In this document: positions 59,128 through 64,000 of the stretch, in pieces
Numbering within the stretch: position 1 is the stretch's first letter
Layout of the letters: the number at the start of each line of letters is the position of its first letter
NCBI GenBank assembly: GCA_965262915.1
Contig: OZ253564.1
Coordinates: 3,424,001 to 3,488,000, forward strand
Origin: Candidatus Spongiisociaceae bacterium
GTDB lineage: Bacteria; Actinomycetota; Acidimicrobiia; Spongiisociales; Spongiisociaceae
Direction of reading: 5' to 3'
Length of the DNA: 64,000 nt
Notes under the pieces: generated by a model
Told to the model about the DNA's origin: nothing
Databases searched by the model: none
Seen by the model: the letters and a program-made list of their open reading frames with translations, nothing else
Made by a program: the position numbers and the translations under genes

Positions 59128-60416
59128 TAAAAGGCCCTTCCGGTGAGTATGTTGCCGCCCAACTGGTTGACGCCGCAGTAGTGGTAGTACATCTTGAGGT
59201 CGAACGGGCCGCGGGCCGGCGTTTCTCCGTCGAGCAGCAGGTCGTCCCCGATCACCCGCCCGACCTCCGGCATGGTCACGATCTCGTCCTCGGAGCCGAC
59301 GCTGACGATAGCGTCGGCCTCGGGCACCGTGTAGAAGAGCGGGAAGTCGTACCCGTCGATGCCCGGCGCCTCCGACGAGACGACGACGGTCCTGATACCG
59401 GCCTGCTCCATGTACCGGCAGGCGAGCATCATGTCGATGGCCGAGTTGCCGCCCCCCTCGGCAGTGAGAACCGCCCCGTCTGCCCCTAGGAAGCCGCCGA
59501 GCTTGGCCGCCCAGTGGGACGAGCGCTCCTTGTCCTCCTGGGTGTAGTTGTGGCCGCGGTTGATGATGACCCCGGCGAAGTTCAGGTCCCGGCCGTGACG
59601 AGCTGCGAGCTCCCGGATGATCGGGTTGTTCTGGTGGAGGAAGGTGGGGTTCTTATAGCAGGCGTACACGTGGACCCCGCTCACGATGGCGCCGTCGATC
59701 ACCTCGTTGGGGTGGATGAGCGTGGGAACCAGGTTGTGGATGGTCCGCCCGTACAGGTAGGTGTCGGCCATGCTGCCCTGTCCCTGGAGCTGGTAGAAGT
59801 AGACGACGTTCGGCAGATCGGGGTGGGGGGTCGAGAAGTCGAATGTCGTCGTGGAGTCGGCTACGGCATCGGCGGTCAGGAGTGCCCGCCGGGCGACCAT
59901 CTCGGCCACCCGGAGCGTTGCTCTCCGGATGGCGTCGTCGTAGTCGTCGTTTCCCACGGTGGGATTCGGGGTGTATACCAGCACCACGTTGCAGACCCGC
60001 GACATCGGGCTGTAGACAGCGGTCGGGCCGGACATGTCCACCACCGCTTCGCGTGCCTGGAGCAGTCCCGATAAGGGCTGGGGATAGCGGCTCGACGCCA
60101 GCACGCTCACCCCGTCGATACGCACGGTTCGGCCCTCGCCTACGGTGTCCATGCCGCCGAGGAAACCCGGAAACACGGTCCCGACCCCCGGCTTGGTACG
60201 GGGTTCGACCGCGTCGAGGCAATGCACGATACGCACGTCCTCCCCCGGTCGGGCTACGGCAACTTCGACATCGGCGATGCGGGCGTCCGAGAGAACGGTG
60301 GACGCCACTTCCCGGTTCGAGATCGTCAGGGTGTGCCCGGACACCGAGGTGGCGTTGCCGAGCCGTACGTCTTCTATGTGAATGGACCGCACATCGAGCC
60401 GCAAGGATCGCCGCAT
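59127..60416 (-). CDS. grdE: Glycine/sarcosine/betaine reductase component B subunit (GrdE/GrdI family)
   Basis: ARPGEDVRI, DAVEPR, FPGF, VGEGRT, DMSGP, PTLIHPNEVIDGAIVSG, KNPT..HQNNP, EGGGN, DAIVSVG. Confidence 0.88.
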   Translation of the reverse strand: MRRSLRLDVRSIHIEDVRLGNATSVSGHTLTISNREVASTVLSDARIADVEVAVARPGEDVRIVHCLDAVEPRTKPGVGTVFPGFLGGMDTVGEGRTVRIDGVSVLASSRYPQPLSGLLQAREAVVDMSGPTAVYSPMSRVCNVVLVYTPNPTVGNDDYDDAIRRATLRVAEMVARRALLTADAVADSTTTFDFSTPHPDLPNVVYFYQLQGQGSMADTYLYGRTIHNLVPTLIHPNEVIDGAIVSGVHVYACYKNPTFLHQNNPIIRELAARHGRDLNFAGVIINRGHNYTQEDKERSSHWAAKLGGFLGADGAVLTAEGGGNSAIDMMLACRYMEQAGIRTVVVSSEAPGIDGYDFPLFYTVPEADAIVSVGSEDEIVTMPEVGRVIGDDLLLDGETPARGPFDLKMYYHYCGVNQLGGNILTGRAF

Positions 60417-60429
60417 GCCTGGATCCAGC

Positions 60430-61356
60430 CTACCGCGCCGGCTGTCGCCGCGAGTCGCGGATCCGAATGAGGTCGGTCACCACCACCCCCAGCAGAACTA
60501 GCGCACCCCCTACGACGATTCCCGGCTGGATCTGCTCGTCCAGCATCACAACACCGGCAGACACGGCAATGAACGGGACGATGTAGCCGATGATCGTGGA
60601 GTAGGTGACGGTGACGTGGCGGATGAGGAAGTAATAGAGGCCCAACGGGACCAACGTCCCCAGTGAACCCACGTAGAGCAGGCTGAGCTGACCAGTCATC
60701 GAGGGGGTGGCGGGTACACCTTCGATTGCCAGCGCCAAGAGGGACAGGGCAACGCAACCGATGGCGAGCTGGACCCCCGTCACACCGAGCACCGAGTACT
60801 GACCGGCGTAGCGCTTGGCATAGACGGCCGCGACCGATACGGACACCACGCTGACGAGTACGAACAGTCCGGCCAGGAGTGGGTTGCCGCCTTCCGCGAC
60901 CCCCGAGTCGCCCCCGAGCAGCAGTACCGCCACCCCGCCGAGCCCCAGCAGCAGACCGACCAAGGTGACGACTTTCAGCCGCTCGTTGGCCAGCATGAAA
61001 TGCGCCACCAGCGCTGTCACCAGCGGGATCAGCGCGTTGACCAGGGACACGAAACCGGCCGAAGCATTCTCGAGAGCCAGGTTCCGTGTCTGGTAGGGCA
61101 GCAGCACGCTGAGCACCGACAGCACCGCCCCCATACGCAGTTCGAGCGGACCGACCAGCGTCCCCCGCCTCCGCCCAGCAATCAGGAAGATGACCGCTAC
61201 CGCCGCGATCAGCGAGGAAGCGGCGGCGATAGTGATCGGCCCCAACCCCTCACGGAGGGCCATCCTCACCGCGATGGGAGAGGAACCCCACCCGAAGCTG
61301 ATGAGGAGCACGAGCGCCCAGACCCGGCGGTCCGAGATGACAGATTTCACGGCCAA
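60430..61356 (-). CDS. EamA/DMT family transporter
   Basis: About 10 TM helices, GWG, PLVTALVAH..L.E, LDEQI; 13 bp upstream of grdE. Confidence 0.9.
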   Translation of the reverse strand: MAVKSVISDRRVWALVLLISFGWGSSPIAVRMALREGLGPITIAAASSLIAAVAVIFLIAGRRRGTLVGPLELRMGAVLSVLSVLLPYQTRNLALENASAGFVSLVNALIPLVTALVAHFMLANERLKVVTLVGLLLGLGGVAVLLLGGDSGVAEGGNPLLAGLFVLVSVVSVSVAAVYAKRYAGQYSVLGVTGVQLAIGCVALSLLALAIEGVPATPSMTGQLSLLYVGSLGTLVPLGLYYFLIRHVTVTYSTIIGYIVPFIAVSAGVVMLDEQIQPGIVVGGALVLLGVVVTDLIRIRDSRRQPAR

Positions 61357-61711
61357 TGCCCCTCCAGCCGCCGGACACGCTCGAATCCATCGTCGCTTGC
61401 CGCCGGCAGCAGCCCATCGACCCGTATCCGCCCCCGGCTATGACTTTGGCATCCTGACACCTGCTGCCGGGATCGGAGATCAGGAATCTACGAGCGCATC
61501 CTACCCGTGTCGAGACGGCTGGAAACACGGCATGACAGCGTGACCGATGCCGCTGTTGGATCCGGCGGGGCCAATGCAGGAGGAGGATACCTGGGCGACT
61601 CAAACGCTGATGAGCTCCCCTCTTGCTCACCGCCGTCTACGTCTTCGGGCAGATCTGATGGGACTGGGTGGCCGCCCGACCTGGTCCTGCTAACCCTGCT
61701 ATGGCTTCAAG

Positions 61712-61905
61712 TCTCAGGACCACGTCATCCGGGGAGTCCGGATACTCCACGCCGACCTTGGGCTGGATCAGTACCCCGTGCTCTTCGACCTGTACATCCA
61801 GTTCCTCACCGATCTCATCCGCACTGATCCGGGACAGCTATGGACACGACGCCATGGTGAACAGCAGCCTCTCGTGGCCCGCATCTCGTGGTTGACTCCC
61901 AATCT
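61712..61905 (+). pseudogene. Possible relic of a DppB/OppB-type peptide ABC permease N-terminal region
   Basis: Frame reads HADLGLDQYPVLFDLYIQFLTDLIRTDPG, resembling the LGLD.P...Y..FL..L...D.G motif; no intact ORF. Confidence 0.3.
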
Positions 61906-61999
61906 GGGAAACCCCTCACACGACCATTGAGCTGGAAGTACCTTTCCCCACCCGTGTCGCTGCGGGGTCACACGTAGACGGTGTGGGGTCCTCAGTCGT

Positions 62000-62368
62000 T
62001 CATCTTCGATACGCCGGGCTATCCGGGTAGTCCTCCGGCTTTCCCGTGTCTCCGGACTGGATCACGAAGTCGCGGCGGTCCCGGTAGAGACAGGCACGGT
62101 TCAGCACGTAGTTGACCCCCGGCTGGATGTCGTCCCAGTGGGTCATCAGCCAGTACTTGTAGTCGCCGATGAACAGGTAGGTGTTCTTCATACGGAAGAA
62201 GCGACCGGCCACGCCCTCTCCGGAACGGAATCGCCCGCAGACTGCCTCCAGCAACTCCTGCTGCCCGTCCTTCTCGGACAGTACGTACTCGTGGGGCCAG
62301 GTGCTGCGGTAGGTGACCGCCTCCCTCCAGGGTGCGCGGGAGATCATTTCGGTCAGCTTTCGTGCCAT
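62000..62368 (-). CDS. Hypothetical protein
   Basis: GAGGAG RBS; protein-like composition (WREAVTYRSTWPHEYV, YLFIGDYKYW, VLNRA). Confidence 0.7.
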   Translation of the reverse strand: MARKLTEMISRAPWREAVTYRSTWPHEYVLSEKDGQQELLEAVCGRFRSGEGVAGRFFRMKNTYLFIGDYKYWLMTHWDDIQPGVNYVLNRACLYRDRRDFVIQSGDTGKPEDYPDSPAYRR

Positions 62369-62400
62369 TACGTTGAATCACTCCTCGTTCGGTCAGCCAC

Positions 62401-62967
62401 TCATGCCTCCGTGTTCTCCAACCCGAGACGGAAAGCACCGGCAGCACGGGGGTCATAACCCGTCAGTTGTATCTCATTGAGATTGCCGGGGTGTTCCTCC
62501 ATCCATCGAACGCACTCGGAGGCGATCACCCCTGCGGCGGCCTCCAACGGATAGCCGAACACCCCGGTCGAGATAGCCGGCATGGCCACCGTCCGAGCGC
62601 CTATCTCGGCGCAGGAGTCCAAGGCTGCTCGCACCGTCTCCCTGAGCCGGGCCGGGTTGTCCATTCCCTCGTTATAGCGGGGCCCTACGACATGCACGAC
62701 CCATCTCGCCGCCAATCCACCACCGGCCGTCACCGCCGCCTGCCCGGGTCGGAGCGGGCCGTGCTCGGATACCCACCGGTCGGAGTCAGCCAGGAACTCC
62801 TCCCCGCCCTTCGCTCCCAGCGCGGCCGCCACCCCACCGCCATGCCGGAGATACTCGTTGGCGGCGTTGACGATAACGTCGGTGGATGAAGCCGTCAGGT
62901 CCCCCTGGACCACCGTCACGGCCCCATCCTTCGAGATCCTGGCTCTTCCGCGTTTGCCACTCATCAT
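62401..62967 (-). CDS. Macro domain protein (ADP-ribose binding / O-acetyl-ADP-ribose deacetylase)
   Basis: GDLT, IVNAAN, HGGGVA, HVVGP, PAISTGVFGYP. Confidence 0.92.
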   Translation of the reverse strand: MMSGKRGRARISKDGAVTVVQGDLTASSTDVIVNAANEYLRHGGGVAAALGAKGGEEFLADSDRWVSEHGPLRPGQAAVTAGGGLAARWVVHVVGPRYNEGMDNPARLRETVRAALDSCAEIGARTVAMPAISTGVFGYPLEAAAGVIASECVRWMEEHPGNLNEIQLTGYDPRAAGAFRLGLENTEA

Positions 62968-63163
62968 GCTGATAGCCGGTGTAGGGACGTTGCCGGCCTA
63001 CCCGACCGGTCCCGGTTCCAGGATCGTACCGATGCTCACGCCGTCGAGCCACCGCCGTCCCGGTTCCGACCCGGGGCTGTCAGCATCCATGACGGTCGCG
63101 CCCGGGCATCCGGTGGGTAGGGTGATGCTCGGCAGCGGCTCATGAACGGAGTTCGAGCGTCAT

Positions 63164-64000
63164 ATGGCGACGCAGCTCAAATACTGGGGATGGGGGTACG
63201 AAGGGGACGGCCTTTCGCCTTGTGACAGGGAGGCCCTGCTCAGCACCTTCGCTGCGGACTTCGGTATACATCCGTCAGGTGACTGTGGCGTACCGCGTCT
63301 CGACGAGCTCACGCTCCCACCGCCCCGGATGGAACCGCCGACGAGCCTCGCAGCGATATGCACGCAGGAACCTTACGAGCGGATCCTGCACAGCTTCGGG
63401 CAGTCCCAGCCCGATTCGATCCGGATCTTCGCCCGGGACTTCGCCCACGCTCCCGATGTGGTGGCCTACCCGCGGGACGAAGCCGATGTGATGGCAGTGC
63501 TCGAGTGGGCGGGTGAGGCGGGAGCGGCTCTGATCCCTTTCGGTGGTGGTTCGTCGGTCGTGGGCGGAGTGACGCCCGACATCGATGACCGGTACACGGC
63601 AACCGTAACCCTCGACATGAGCCGGATGAACCGGGTCCTCGAGGTCGACCCTGTGTCGAGGTCGGCGCGGATACAAGGCGGGGCGCGCGGTCCCGAACTG
63701 GAAGCCGCTCTGAAACCGCGCGGGGTAACGCTCCGCCACTTCCCCCAGTCCTTCCAGCATTCCACCCTGGGCGGATGGATCGCTACCCGGTCGGGCGGTC
63801 ACTTCGCGACCCTGTACACCCATATCGACGACCTGGTGGAGAACGTGACCATGGTCACACCGGCGGGCAGGATGGAGTCGCGCCGGCTTCCGGGGTCGGG
63901 TGCCGGTCCGAGTCCCGACCGGCTGGTCATTGGCTCTGAGGGTTCGCTCGGAGTGGTCACCGAGGCCTGGGTGAGGGTCCAGGGTCGGGTGTCCTTCAAG
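63164..64000 (+). CDS. FAD-binding oxidoreductase (alkyl-DHAP synthase-like), runs off the window end
   Basis: MATQLKYWGWG, PFGGGSSVVGG, HFPQSF, STLGGWIATRSGG, GSEGSLG; absent from the ORF track because there is no stop in the window. Confidence 0.88.
   Translation, partial: MATQLKYWGWGYEGDGLSPCDREALLSTFAADFGIHPSGDCGVPRLDELTLPPPRMEPPTSLAAICTQEPYERILHSFGQSQPDSIRIFARDFAHAPDVVAYPRDEADVMAVLEWAGEAGAALIPFGGGSSVVGGVTPDIDDRYTATVTLDMSRMNRVLEVDPVSRSARIQGGARGPELEAALKPRGVTLRHFPQSFQHSTLGGWIATRSGGHFATLYTHIDDLVENVTMVTPAGRMESRRLPGSGAGPSPDRLVIGSEGSLGVVTEAWVRVQGRVSFK

Noticed and set aside
62000-62967. Macro domain plus hypothetical protein as a toxin-antitoxin or defence pair (DarTG-like)
   Set aside because: The macro protein looks like a stand-alone YmdB type and the neighbour shows no recognisable ADP-ribosyltransferase motif

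Overview
GC-rich bacterial chromosome segment (mid-60s % GC by eye), probably an uncultured actinobacterium of Acidimicrobiia type. This is inferred from lipoprotein solute-binding proteins with 'AAACG' lipoboxes and Thr/Ala/Pro linkers. Bases 1-28.5 kb form a regulator-free catabolic island: a dimethylformamidase-like enzyme, a phosphodiesterase, amidohydrolases, creatininase, M20/M14 hydrolases, enolase-superfamily enzymes, acetamidases and a polyamine-type ABC importer, with duplicated modules and several non-canonical active sites. Bases 28.8-39.7 kb hold a purine/N-heterocycle module (deaminase, split molybdenum hydroxylase, BMP-type ABC importer, biuret-hydrolase-like enzyme). Bases 41-53.8 kb hold an amino-acid ABC importer and a dehydrogenase-kinase-aldolase-nucleoside ABC operon. 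The main feature hidden from the ORF track is at 54.2-61.4 kb: a glycine/sarcosine/betaine-reductase-like cluster (EamA-grdE-grdB-grdC...grdA). Two in-frame UGA selenocysteine codons carry SECIS hairpins, GrdB has an altered UxxGxxC motif, GrdE lacks the pyruvoyl-forming Cys, and grdD is absent. Also present are two MITE families inserted at TA sites (twice exactly in TAG stop codons), a candidate 6S-like RNA and three homopolymer frameshifts. No rRNA, tRNA, CRISPR array or intact transposase was seen.
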